The position numbers and the translations under genes were made by a program. 64,000 nt of DNA from an uncultured virus (IMG/VR IMGVR_UViG_2657245648_000004) (Duplodnaviria > Heunggongvirae > Uroviricota > Caudoviricetes): IMG/VR virus record IMGVR_UViG_2657245648_000004; one strand, 5' to 3'. The notes beneath the pieces are model-generated. The model was not told the DNA's origin, searched no databases, and saw only the letters and a program-made list of their open reading frames with translations. Positions 19,429 through 28,767 of the stretch are shown in pieces. The first letter of the stretch is position 1. Every line of letters starts with the position of its first letter.

Positions 19429-20199
19429 TCAATAATTCATAATTATCAGTTCATTACTTTTCTTACTCTTAGCAGCCAAATCACGACCAACAGAATAATT
19501 AATTGAAGTACATGCAAAATTAAAACCTTTAAAGATTTCACGAATCTTTTCATGATCATTAATTGATAGCATTACCTTCCCTTTGCAAGTCTTCATCTTT
19601 TCAGAAAGAAGTTCATACTGATCTAATGGAAAATCTACTCCATAACCTGCTGTATCTAGATACGGCGGATCAGCATAAAAAAATGTATGTTCCCGGTCAT
19701 ACTTATCAAAGCAAATATCCCAGGACAGGTTTTCAATATAGACTCCATTCAAACGCAAATGTGCTGCACTTAAACTTTCCTCTATCCGCAAGAGATTTAA
19801 AGAGCGGCCTGTTGTTGCATATCCAAATGTCTGCCCAGAAACCTTACCACCAAACGCATGTTGCTGAAGGTAATAAAATCTTGCAGCTCGCTGAATATCC
19901 GTTAGTGTGTCTGGTACTTTTAGTTTTTCCCATTCAAAAATCTGGCGACTTGAAATGCACCATTTGAATTGACGCACAAATTCTTCTAAATGGTTCTGCA
20001 CTACCCGGTACAGATTTACCAACTCGCCATTCAGATCATTTATTACTTCAGTTCTTGCTGGTCCTTCTCTTAAGAAGAATAATGCTGCTCCACCACAAAA
20101 TAATTCCACATAACATGAATGTTCTGGGAACTTACACAACAAATCCTTAGCCAAACGGGTTTTACCACCTTGCCATGGAATTATTGGTTTTGATTTCAT
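19429..20199 (-). CDS. DNA adenine methyltransferase (Dam/D12 class), orphan
   Basis: PWQGGK, YVELFCGGAA, INDLN, YADPPY motifs; start at MKSKPII. Confidence 0.92.
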   Translation of the reverse strand: MKSKPIIPWQGGKTRLAKDLLCKFPEHSCYVELFCGGAALFFLREGPARTEVINDLNGELVNLYRVVQNHLEEFVRQFKWCISSRQIFEWEKLKVPDTLTDIQRAARFYYLQQHAFGGKVSGQTFGYATTGRSLNLLRIEESLSAAHLRLNGVYIENLSWDICFDKYDREHTFFYADPPYLDTAGYGVDFPLDQYELLSEKMKTCKGKVMLSINDHEKIREIFKGFNFACTSINYSVGRDLAAKSKKSNELIIMNY

Positions 20200-20240
20200 A
20201 AAAATTTTCCTGTGCAAAAGCTTATATTTTTGATAGCCTT

Positions 20241-20338
20241 CGCAAATCGTGTGCACGATAGCTGGGCTTGGCTTTTGGCAGGCTACATCTGTCAGGAGGT
20301 CGAAGTGCTGTTACCGCAGTACTTCGTCCCCAGTTTTA
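20241..20338 (+). ncRNA. Candidate structured small RNA divergent from the methyltransferase
   Basis: Four helices visible by eye, an extended -10 TGaTAGCCT upstream and a T tail. Confidence 0.55.
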
Positions 20339-20391
20339 CTCGATATAAAAAAACTCGGTCTCCTTAAGGACCCGAGCTTTTAATGAGGCCA

Positions 20392-20494
20392 TAAAAAAGC
20401 CCACCTGTTTAGATGAGCTTTTAAATGCAATTTGGTCTAATTTATACTTCGACCAATTTAATAAAACTATACCTCAAATAGCACAAAAGTGGAA
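20392..20494 (-). promoter_or_regulatory. pR'-like late promoter plus terminator (module 1)
   Basis: TTCCAC-17-TATAGT immediately after the Q-like gene, then the hairpin aaagctcatctaaacaggtgggcttttt. Confidence 0.65.
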
Positions 20495-20495
20495 A

Positions 20496-21059
20496 CTAAT
20501 TTCTTGCTTCATTTAAGGTTTCTTTCTTATAGCGTTCAGCGATTACAGTAGCTTTTAAAATTTCTTCATTAAGCGCGGCAATCATCATATCTTCGTATCG
20601 TTTCCATGTTTTGCGGTATACCTCCGGATCCATTTGGAAACTTCTAATGCCGGCATAAACAAGTCGACCAGGATCCTTATGTGCGTTTTCTAATTCGGGA
20701 TCTAAAGCAAAATCAATAACAATACGAGCAATTAACCAAGCTAAGTGGTAAATAGCTATCCCCTTAGGCTCTCTTCTTTTATCTTTCTCTGCTCCATCAA
20801 TCATTATTTTAGCTAAATGATTGCGAACATATTCATAATCCCGTTGGGACTTTCCTTCGGTCATAATGACCATTGCAACTGATTTTGTTAGTTGATCACC
20901 CATTGCAGCTACCACCCCTAATTTGTCATGAAAGTCTATTGACCTCCCATCAGTACATCTAACGTTCGCAGCACCAAATGAAGGTGATTTCGGGTTTAAG
21001 CCACAAACGAACCATTCAAAAATAGAAAATCTTGACCAATCCATTACAACTGTAGTCAT
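20496..21059 (-). CDS. Putative Q-like antiterminator (copy 1)
   Basis: Position upstream of late genes and of a promoter-terminator pair; paralogue of 23488-24042. Confidence 0.6.
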   Translation of the reverse strand: MTTVVMDWSRFSIFEWFVCGLNPKSPSFGAANVRCTDGRSIDFHDKLGVVAAMGDQLTKSVAMVIMTEGKSQRDYEYVRNHLAKIMIDGAEKDKRREPKGIAIYHLAWLIARIVIDFALDPELENAHKDPGRLVYAGIRSFQMDPEVYRKTWKRYEDMMIAALNEEILKATVIAERYKKETLNEARN

Positions 21060-21080
21060 AAGATAAGCACCCCCTATACC

Positions 21081-21365
21081 TTAATTATTCAATAACGTTT
21101 GGAACTCACTAAATGACAGTTCCTCAACTGGTTCATCTACACTTGCTTCTTGATCAAGCGCCCAAGGATTCACGTAAACTTTATCTCCACATATCACTGC
21201 GAGCTTTCCATGAAACTGGCAGCCTGAAAATTCCAGACTATATTTTTCAACAAACAATCCTGCTAAAACCTCACAATCATCTGTAGTCAAACTCGTTTCC
21301 ATATTAATTTTTAATATGAAAAACCGCTTATCTGCCGTCCAGCCTACCGTTTCAATGTCGCTCAT
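21081..21365 (-). CDS. Hypothetical protein
   Basis: 94 aa ORF in operon. Confidence 0.6.
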   Translation of the reverse strand: MSDIETVGWTADKRFFILKINMETSLTTDDCEVLAGLFVEKYSLEFSGCQFHGKLAVICGDKVYVNPWALDQEASVDEPVEELSFSEFQTLLNN

Positions 21366-21374
21366 AAACTTTTC

Positions 21375-21782
21375 TCAAACCTCTCTAATATCAATACCGT
21401 GTACAGTTTTCATTAAATGTTTCTTATTGCGATAACTAGGTAATTTCCTAGTAGCAATAGACTTAACGTCCTCAACGATGTACTCGCCATTGATGAGGTA
21501 GTAAGTAAAATCAGCAAAATATCTAAGTGCCGGCTTTGTTCTCTTTTCCCCCTCTATCTTAGTTTTAGGAGCCAATTCAAATTTTGCATGGTGCTCTAAT
21601 CCAAAGATTTCACCGCGTTGCTGCATGGCTTTAAGTTCGATATATCGCTTGAGTTCTTTTTTGCTGTCGAAAGTCATCCCATCTAATGTGACTTTTGAAG
21701 CATTAAATTTATTACGGCCCTTTTTAGCTTTATGGCCGTTTGGAAATTTAGAGTGATAATCCGCTAAACTCATCGATGTCAT
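21375..21782 (-). CDS. DUF1064 family PD-(D/E)xK nuclease
   Basis: NKF.A.K...DG..FDSKKE..RY, Y.ADF.Y, VEDVK motifs. Confidence 0.85.
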   Translation of the reverse strand: MTSMSLADYHSKFPNGHKAKKGRNKFNASKVTLDGMTFDSKKELKRYIELKAMQQRGEIFGLEHHAKFELAPKTKIEGEKRTKPALRYFADFTYYLINGEYIVEDVKSIATRKLPSYRNKKHLMKTVHGIDIREV

Positions 21783-22156
21783 TTAGGCTCACCACCATTG
21801 AGCACTTTCTCTAATTCTTTAAATGCTCGAATCATAGCCATTTGCAGAAATTCAAAGTTTTCTCTCTTATCCTGCTCAACATATTGCAAATTGCCTTGTA
21901 TTTGTTGCAGGGCAAGATTTATCCGTTCTTGTAATTCCTTGAACTTCTGTTGATCTAAATTCGCCATACTGTTAGCAAATTTTATTACTGTATCCTTTTG
22001 TTTTATTAGCTCTTGCTGGTGTAGGCTTTCTTGCTTACAAGTAATAGTAACAACCAAGGGCTTCCCTTCGTTCGCTGCCTTTGCATGATTAGTATTGAGA
22101 TATCCAATTACATAGTTGATGTCAGAATGGTTTTTGATGACGAATCGTGGTTCCAT
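21779..22156 (-). CDS. Chimeric ORF: NinB-like N-terminus fused to a coiled coil
   Basis: GKPLVVTITCKQE typical of NinB start, but the following RS..QN motif is missing. Confidence 0.5.
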   Translation of the reverse strand: MEPRFVIKNHSDINYVIGYLNTNHAKAANEGKPLVVTITCKQESLHQQELIKQKDTVIKFANSMANLDQQKFKELQERINLALQQIQGNLQYVEQDKRENFEFLQMAMIRAFKELEKVLNGGEPK

Positions 22157-22166
22157 TTTGACCTCA

Positions 22167-22250
22167 CTAACTGCCGTACACCTTTATTACAGCCATACAA
22201 ATAAGGAAGGCCACCATGACAATAACGTTTGCAATATCACTACTTTTCAT
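22167..22250 (-). CDS. 27-aa hydrophobic micropeptide
   Basis: MKSSDIANVIVMVAFLICMAVIKVYGS with GAGG RBS. Confidence 0.5.
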   Translation of the reverse strand: MKSSDIANVIVMVAFLICMAVIKVYGS

Positions 22251-22285
22251 TTTGACCTCGCAATAAAAAACCACCCGAGGGTGGC

Positions 22286-22504
22286 TTAATTCTTTCTAGT
22301 AAATTGGTTTACCATTTTCTCTATTAATTCTTGTGTGAGATTTTCAGGGTACGAAATCCTAACCTCATATCCAACAATAGTTATGATGCCATAAGTCCCA
22401 TTTGTTCCAGCTATTGGGTCATATGAACCATCATCCATTAATACTTTGATGAAAGAAAAATTCTCACCGTCATATACAGCCTCATAATCAACATGCTTAA
22501 CCAT
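22286..22504 (-). CDS. Hypothetical protein (accessory)
   Basis: 72 aa, followed by a terminator at ~22262-22286. Confidence 0.6.
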   Translation of the reverse strand: MVKHVDYEAVYDGENFSFIKVLMDDGSYDPIAGTNGTYGIITIVGYEVRISYPENLTQELIEKMVNQFTRKN

Positions 22505-22541
22505 TGTAAATCCTTACACCAATTACGTTGGTTAAATCATA

Positions 22542-22823
22542 TCAAAATAAATCTTGTGATTTTCCATCAATATTCAACATCCTTTCCGTCTTTTCCAACC
22601 ACCGCTCAAACATGGCTTCCGATTCTTGTCTTGTGCCAAATTGATACGTATCGAATAGGAAATGACACTTATGGCATAGAGGCACTGTAAACGCATCTGA
22701 GGCTTTTATCCCTTTCCCCTTGCCATGCTTACCAGAATTAGAATGAGCCGCTTGTGAGTGAGGATAGCCACATCTAACGCAGGGTAGTGCTCTTATCTCG
22801 TTTAGCCTCTTTTTCGAACGCAT
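22542..22823 (-). CDS. Zn-binding HNH-like protein (DUF968/DUF1364-like)
   Basis: PCVRCG..AAH..G.GIKASD..PLCHKCH. Confidence 0.78.
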   Translation of the reverse strand: MRSKKRLNEIRALPCVRCGYPHSQAAHSNSGKHGKGKGIKASDAFTVPLCHKCHFLFDTYQFGTRQESEAMFERWLEKTERMLNIDGKSQDLF

Positions 22824-22977
22824 TTTCTAACACCTCAATACGCTCTTTTAATAATCTTTCTTCTCGCTCACAGTCAGCACGGAATGAATAGCTACTAAAT
22901 AAATGATTGTAAGATTGCAGTTTGCTTAAATTGGCTTTGTATATTGCTAGATTCTTCTTTGCTTCGATCATATCCAT
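22774..22977 (-). CDS. Small hypothetical protein
   Basis: MDMIEAKKNL..; similar to 18941-19114. Confidence 0.6.
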   Translation of the reverse strand: MDMIEAKKNLAIYKANLSKLQSYNHLFSSYSFRADCEREERLLKERIEVLENAFEKEAKRDKSTTLR

Positions 22978-22981
22978 ACAA

Positions 22982-23104
22982 TCACCAATTACACCAAACC
23001 AAATAAGCTGCAAATAACATCACAGCCAAATAAAACACCGTTTTGATTACGTTCTTAAACTGCTGACAATCTTCTTCAATTTGTTTCAGTTCTTCTTCGT
23101 CCAT
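22982..23104 (-). CDS. 40-aa protein with C-terminal TM helix
   Basis: MDEEELKQIEEDCQQFKNVIKTVFYLAVMLFAAYLVWCNW. Confidence 0.55.
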   Translation of the reverse strand: MDEEELKQIEEDCQQFKNVIKTVFYLAVMLFAAYLVWCNW

Positions 23105-23140
23105 AACGGCACCATTTAGCTACATTTACTTTGCTAAAAA

Positions 23141-23380
23141 TTAAAAAGGGAGTGGCAAACTGCCACACCCTTGCCTTAGATTACGATATCGATCAGCTCG
23201 GCAACTGATCTACCGCTACTCACAATCACACATACCTAACATGCACGGTCTGTTTTACTTGCTTTCAATGCTCTTTAAGTCGGGACGCCACTCCCTAGTC
23301 TAGTCTGCATAAAGCAGGTTTACACGAAGGCATGTTCCACTGGTCGGCACTCCAGTAGGATAGATTGTCTTTTTACGGAC
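23141..23380 (-). ncRNA. Candidate ~240-nt structured RNA/attenuator
   Basis: Interval with no ORF in the track, several hairpins, and a terminator with an alternative pairing partner. Confidence 0.45.
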
Positions 23381-23382
23381 AA

Positions 23383-23484
23383 CAAAAAAGCCCACGATTA
23401 AGTGAGCTTTGATGTGTTGGTCTTCGGAAATCCGTAATACGACCAGTATATAAAAACTATACTCTTGTTTCCGCAATAATGGAA
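23383..23484 (-). promoter_or_regulatory. pR'-like late promoter plus terminator (module 2)
   Basis: TTCCAT-17-TATAGT after Q-like copy 2; hairpin aaagctcacttaatcgtgggctttttt. Confidence 0.65.
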
Positions 23485-23487
23485 TAC

Positions 23488-24042
23488 CTACGCTTTCATA
23501 TCTTTGTAAGTATTTCTTTTGTAGGCTTCAACTGCTTTGCCAGCTTCGTCAATTGCCGACTCAATTGCCATAGTCATTAGGTTTTCGTACGGCTTCCATG
23601 TCTTGCGGTAGCATTCTACATTCATCTGATGACTCTTAAGCCCTGCATATGCTAAACGGCCTTTAGCTGTGTAATGTTCTTCTAACTCTGGATTTAATGC
23701 GAAGTCCAATACCATGCGAGCAATCAACCATGCCAAGTGATATATAGCGACATGCTCAGGCTCTCTTTTCTTGTCGACTGCGGCATTTTGAATCATGATC
23801 TTAGCTAGGTGATTACGAACATATTCATAATCACTTTCTGACCTACCTTCGAAAATAATCAGTGCGGTGACTGACTTTGCTAACTGGGTATCCATTGAAG
23901 CAATAGCACCCAAGCGGTCTTGATAGTTCAATGGTTTCTCTCCTGTTCCGCGCACCACTGGCTCAATACTTGGTGAACTCGCAGTTAAACCATGAGTCAA
24001 CCATTCAAAACGTTCAAACTTCTCAACTGCTACTGCATTCAT
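23488..24042 (-). CDS. Putative Q-like antiterminator (copy 2)
   Basis: Shares DYEYVRNHLAKIMI, AIYHLAWLIAR, YRKTWK with 20496-21059. Confidence 0.6.
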   Translation of the reverse strand: MNAVAVEKFERFEWLTHGLTASSPSIEPVVRGTGEKPLNYQDRLGAIASMDTQLAKSVTALIIFEGRSESDYEYVRNHLAKIMIQNAAVDKKREPEHVAIYHLAWLIARMVLDFALNPELEEHYTAKGRLAYAGLKSHQMNVECYRKTWKPYENLMTMAIESAIDEAGKAVEAYKRNTYKDMKA

Positions 24043-24051
24043 ACCGTCACC

Positions 24052-24477
24052 CTAAATCATTAAGTACTTTTTAATTTCATCTATGGCTTCATCTGCACCG
24101 AAGCAGACTTTGCACATGTAACCTTGTTCTTCTAAGCGTTGAATCATGAGCCTTTGACTTGGTTGTAACTTCCCTTTCTTTGACTTCAACTCAATCCAAA
24201 GCCCGTGTATCTCACCATTTGGAACAATTAGCTGAAGGTCTGGAACACCAGCCTTCACGCCCAACTTCTTAAACTTTGCAGCTTCAAGGATGTTTCTTGA
24301 GCCACCATTAGGAATATGAAACAGGTAATCACTCAAACGACCTGAACCATACTTCACTCGATGCGCCCAACTCATGAGCGTCATCTGTTCTTGATCTTCT
24401 GTAGGCACTCGATTAAATCGCTTTGAACGAGCTGCCTTCTGTGACTGGACCCTTTGAGCCTCTTTGAATGTGGTCAT
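24052..24477 (-). CDS. VRR-NUC domain nuclease
   Basis: HIPNGG.R, GVKAGVPDL, WIELK motifs. Confidence 0.88.
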   Translation of the reverse strand: MTTFKEAQRVQSQKAARSKRFNRVPTEDQEQMTLMSWAHRVKYGSGRLSDYLFHIPNGGSRNILEAAKFKKLGVKAGVPDLQLIVPNGEIHGLWIELKSKKGKLQPSQRLMIQRLEEQGYMCKVCFGADEAIDEIKKYLMI

Positions 24478-24480
24478 TGG

Positions 24481-25592
24481 TCACCCCATCGCTTTCTTGA
24501 TTTCATGGATACAGAACTTCAAAGCAAATACTCTCTGATCATTACCGTTCTTTAGGTTCTGCTCTTTCGCCAATTCAAGTTGATTAACAAGCTGACTAGC
24601 TGCATTTCTTAACTTGTCGTTTTCAATCTTTGAGTTATGTAATTCTTGAGCTAGGCGATCTACTTCTAAGATTGCTTGCTCTCTTGTTAGTTCTTGGTCC
24701 GCAAAGCAGGTGCCGCCTGCATGACAATAACCGTCTGCTCCACAGTAAGGGCTTCCACCCTTACAGCGCATCACAGCATTAGCCCATGTGTCGTCGTTCT
24801 TACTTAGCAAGTCATGCTCACATGGGATCTTGGTTGCTTTCATCCTTCCCCCTTGAGCGCTTGCTCTCCTATCCATTCGTATTTGTTTGCACCACAACCA
24901 AAGCAATGTAGTAGCGCATAATCTTCTTTATCTGAGCCAATTCCTTGCAACGGCTCTTTACCGCAACGACCACACATACCATTTAGCATTGCAGGCATTG
25001 ATTTTTGCTTCCAATCTTTAAGTTGAAACTCAAGTTCATCCACCCTCTTTTGCAGCTCGTCACCATAGTTACGTGAACTAGTAAGCTCTTCTTCAAAAGC
25101 CTTTACTCTTTGACGTTGTAGCGATAATTGGGTTTGCAGCTCCTCCACTTTCGCTTGCTGGTGCTGCCATGCTTCCTGCCAAATTGCCCATTTCTCGTTA
25201 AATGAATCGAGGTGAAATGCGTAAAGCTTTCTTTGACCGTTTAAAACATATCGACCAAGCTCCTCATCAAAATCAACCGCGTCTCTAAATAGCCCAATCC
25301 AGTACTTTTGCTTCTCAAACTCTTCTCTACACTTATCCATTCTTCACCCCAATCGATTAAGCTTGTAAGCTTCGTTAATGTGAACTTCAGTTACTTTGCA
25401 ATTCGGCGAAATGTGGTTTTCTATGGGGAAGTCGTCGCCTAATGTGTCCGAATCCACAAAAGAACCCCCAACCCGCGCAAAACCAATCATTGCCGCATAG
25501 CAATCAACACACATTCTTGGCTGTCTTATTTCGCTATTTGAATAAAGCTCTGGAGAGCCACAATCGATGCAAACACCTTTAAACTCACTCAT
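24481..25592 (-). CDS. Three small nin-region hypothetical proteins (24481-24843, 24840-25340, 25344-25592), Cys-rich
   Basis: Coupled ORFs with CxxC motifs. Confidence 0.6.
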
Positions 25593-25863
25593 GGCTGGCT
25601 CCTTTAATCCCTAAAATTACCCATCCTTCTTGCAGCCCATACCCGCTTAAGACATAAGAGATGGTTTTACGAAGTTCATTGCCTGAATATAGAAGCGGCA
25701 TGCCTTGCTTCATTTGCTCGCCTGAATGTATCGTCTCAAGCAAAATCAGCTCATCGCCAACTTTGAAATCTCGATCATTGAAACGAATCTCAAATGTTTT
25801 ACGACCATCAACAACAGCTTGAAAAACTTCTGGATCAGTTTTTAAATTGTGAACTTTACTCAT
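25585..25863 (-). CDS. DUF3850 / ASCH-like protein
   Basis: HNLK..PE.F.AV..GRKTFEIRFNDRDFKVGD.LIL.E. Confidence 0.85.
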   Translation of the reverse strand: MSKVHNLKTDPEVFQAVVDGRKTFEIRFNDRDFKVGDELILLETIHSGEQMKQGMPLLYSGNELRKTISYVLSGYGLQEGWVILGIKGASHE

Positions 25864-26627
25864 CCCCGCCTCCATATATTGATTCGTGGTCTTTGATTGC
25901 CTGCTCCAATTCATCCCAGCCGCTTACATTTGGATGCTTTGCTTTATTCCGCGCTAGGTAGTCTTTGGCAAACTTAGTGCCACCATGCCACTTGATCAGA
26001 TCAATCGACTCCACCAAGCGTTTGAGATCCGCCATGTTCACAAGTTCAATTCTTGGATTAAAACGATCTGAATACTTTTTTGCTTTGGTGCAGTAGCATA
26101 ATGTTGAGTAGTAACACTCCATATATTTGCTTGGGATGCCTTCAACAACCTCTCGCGCCTTATCCAATCCTTGCTCACGAATAAAATGTTCTGGTTTCAT
26201 ACCGCCTCCTTGTAACGTCTAGTCATGGCTTCCTGCTTGAGCTGGTCTAGCATTTTCAGCTTTCTTAATTTCTCGTAGAGGTTCGCTGCTGCTCTTGTTT
26301 CTTCATTACGAGTACCGAGGTTGTACGCTCTACGCAGCTTCATCATTGCGTTGTAATCTACAAATTCGATCATGCTTTCAGCTCCCCTTTAACATTCAGG
26401 ATGTCTTTTGCGTATTGAGTTGCCTTGTAATGATTTTTCCCAACACGTTCGAAATATTTCCATTCAACAAATTTTTGAAGATTGCTGTAGATGGTTCCTC
26501 GATTGAAATCAAACACTGATTCCTTCACGTCTTTGACACTGAAAGGCGCTGATGCATGACAGCCAAACACGAGTAAGCTAAGCTGGTCATCAAAGTTCAA
26601 TTTCTTTGTTCTATTTAAAGTTTTCAT
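25856..26627 (-). CDS. Three small hypothetical proteins (25856-26200, 26197-26373, 26370-26627; the last is wHTH-like)
   Basis: ATGA-coupled ORFs after the helicase; the middle 58-aa ORF was read manually. Confidence 0.6.
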
Positions 26628-27946
26628 GCAGCCATTCCTTCTTCTCGAATAGTCACAAAACGGCAGATATCTAAGCGGTCCATAACGCGAACTACGCCTT
26701 TCTTGCCATGACGATTTTTAGCAACGATTAATTCGGTGACACCTGACGGTAGGTCGTCTTCACCAATGATTGGATTCGCCAGGATGATTTGATCTGCGTC
26801 TTGTTCAATCTGACCTGATTCTTTTAGATCTGATGCTTTAGGTCGCTTGCCTTTCTCAGACTCACGGTTAAGCTGAGCTAATGCGATAACTGGGCAATCA
26901 AACTCTTTAGCAAGTGCTTTTAAATCACGGCTAATTGAACTTACTTCCTGGTAACGGTCTTTCTTACTTGGGTCACGAACCAATTGAAGGTAATCAATAA
27001 CGATGCATCCTAGTCTTTTGTATTTGCGCTTAGCTTTACGAGCCCAAGAATGTATTTCTGCAATTGTCGGCTTTTGCTTATCTTCGATATGGATTGGCAA
27101 AGAACTGAATCGTCTTTGAGCATCTGCAAATTGAGCCAACATCCCATCAAATAATTCAGCGTTATGAATGTTGTCATAAGGGATTTGAGTTAAAGCTGAG
27201 ATACAGCGGTTTGTGAATGTCTCTACATCCATTTCGGCAGATACAACCAATACAGGCTCGTTGTATCGCACTGCTGTCTGAATAACTAACATTTGAGCTA
27301 GAGTTGATTTACCTGAACCAGGACGACCACCCACGATGCAGAAGTGTCCTTTTTGAATTAATCCAACAAGGTTATCCAGGTGAGTTAAGTTAAACTTTAC
27401 GCCTGTGTACTGCTTGTTAGCTTTAGCCTCAGCCTTTTGGATTAAACGATCTATAGCACGATTCAAAGCCTCTTCAAATGTGAAGCTAGTCTTCTCAACA
27501 TCGTTTGACGTTTTCTTCCCATCCAGGATGCTTTCTGCTGCAATGTGAACATCAGGGATTGTTAAGTCTTTAGCAATCTCTGCAATGCTTTGCCCGATAT
27601 GCTCAACTTCACGGTGTGCCTTGAACTTGTTTAGTTCTGCAACATAAGACTCCAGGTTGTAAAAGCTTGAAGGCGCTTCGCTGCTCATTTGAAGCAGGTA
27701 TTCAGATCCACCCATCAAATGAATTACGTTTTTTTGTTTAAGCTGCTGCTCAACCATAACGAAGTCATACGGTTTGTTTTCATTCGCAAGGTCTGCAATT
27801 GCCTGAAAGATTTGCTTATGGCGTTCTGGAAAGAAACACTCAACATCAAGATCATTGCTTACAACGTCAAACGAGTTGTCCACAGTCATCAAAGCTGTAA
27901 GAACCGCTTGTTCCATTGGAATGTTATGAATATGCGACATTACCAA
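26624..27946 (-). CDS. dnaB: Replicative DnaB-like helicase
   Basis: GGRPGSGKS, SAEM, IVIDYLQL, LAQLNR, DLKESGQIEQDAD, KNRHG. Confidence 0.95.
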   Translation of the reverse strand: MVMSHIHNIPMEQAVLTALMTVDNSFDVVSNDLDVECFFPERHKQIFQAIADLANENKPYDFVMVEQQLKQKNVIHLMGGSEYLLQMSSEAPSSFYNLESYVAELNKFKAHREVEHIGQSIAEIAKDLTIPDVHIAAESILDGKKTSNDVEKTSFTFEEALNRAIDRLIQKAEAKANKQYTGVKFNLTHLDNLVGLIQKGHFCIVGGRPGSGKSTLAQMLVIQTAVRYNEPVLVVSAEMDVETFTNRCISALTQIPYDNIHNAELFDGMLAQFADAQRRFSSLPIHIEDKQKPTIAEIHSWARKAKRKYKRLGCIVIDYLQLVRDPSKKDRYQEVSSISRDLKALAKEFDCPVIALAQLNRESEKGKRPKASDLKESGQIEQDADQIILANPIIGEDDLPSGVTELIVAKNRHGKKGVVRVMDRLDICRFVTIREEGMAA

Positions 27947-28767
27947 TCCCCCATATCTACTTTGAGTTCAGAAGGATTGATGTTTTGTGCAATACCACTT
28001 GCTTGTTGGAATAAACGCTCTACGAGCTTGTAGTCACGCTTAACCCACCTCACGAAATTTGAATACATCTGAGTGCTTGTTACTGCACCAGTGATGATTT
28101 TGTTTTCGTAGTGTGGGTTGATTTCAAGAAGGAGTTGGTCAACCTGATCTTGAGATACTTTTGGTAATCCAGATCTTTGCATCCAAGAATTCAGAGAATG
28201 TAAATCTGGTGTCCAGAGATTCAGAATTTCATCAACTGGATTTTCTTGTGTGCTCTCCTCTCTATAAATATTTTTATATAATTCTATTGTGTCTTTAGTT
28301 TCTAAAGTGCTGGCGCTTTCGTTAGTAAAGTGCTCGCGCTTTACTTTCTGTAGTGCTTTACTTTCTAAAGTGGTATTGCAGTTTTTAAAGTGCTCGACTA
28401 ATGACACCTCATTAATTCTGTATTCATTACCCTTTCTTGAATCAGAACTAACAACAGTTACAACGCCTAAATCGGTTAATTCTTTTAGGCCTTTACGAAC
28501 TGTAGTAGTGCTTAGTTTTTTAGAACCTTCAAGCTTGCCGCCCTGCAATTGAGAGTAACTTACAAAATCAGTAGTTTTGTCTTTAAAACCATTGATGCGG
28601 TCTTCCAGTTCAGCATACACATTACGTGCTGCATCACTAAGAAATGGACGCACATCACTACGATAAAGACGACTAGACATCACATAGCCCTTTTCGAACT
28701 TGTCTGTCATCTTGTCCCTACCTTTTGAAATTGGAATAATTTCAGCCTGCGTCAATGCACCCATCAA
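27940..28767 (-). CDS. Replication initiator (lambda O-like, wHTH)
   Basis: Upstream of the helicase; wHTH N-terminus; internal iterons. Confidence 0.8.
   Translation of the reverse strand: MMGALTQAEIIPISKGRDKMTDKFEKGYVMSSRLYRSDVRPFLSDAARNVYAELEDRINGFKDKTTDFVSYSQLQGGKLEGSKKLSTTTVRKGLKELTDLGVVTVVSSDSRKGNEYRINEVSLVEHFKNCNTTLESKALQKVKREHFTNESASTLETKDTIELYKNIYREESTQENPVDEILNLWTPDLHSLNSWMQRSGLPKVSQDQVDQLLLEINPHYENKIITGAVTSTQMYSNFVRWVKRDYKLVERLFQQASGIAQNINPSELKVDMGDW
28258..28400. repeat. Putative replication origin: iterons plus AT-rich tract inside the initiator gene
   Basis: Repeated (tttc)taaagtg(ctcg) and gctttactttct units at 28290-28400, next to an AT-rich run at 28261-28288. Confidence 0.65.

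Noticed and set aside
19429..20199. Restriction-modification system
   Set aside because: No cognate restriction enzyme adjacent; nearby nucleases are ordinary phage late-region families
20241..20338. tRNA or Com-like zinc-finger gene upstream of the methyltransferase
   Set aside because: No cloverleaf with TTC loop or CCA, and no CxxC ORF; kept only as an ncRNA candidate
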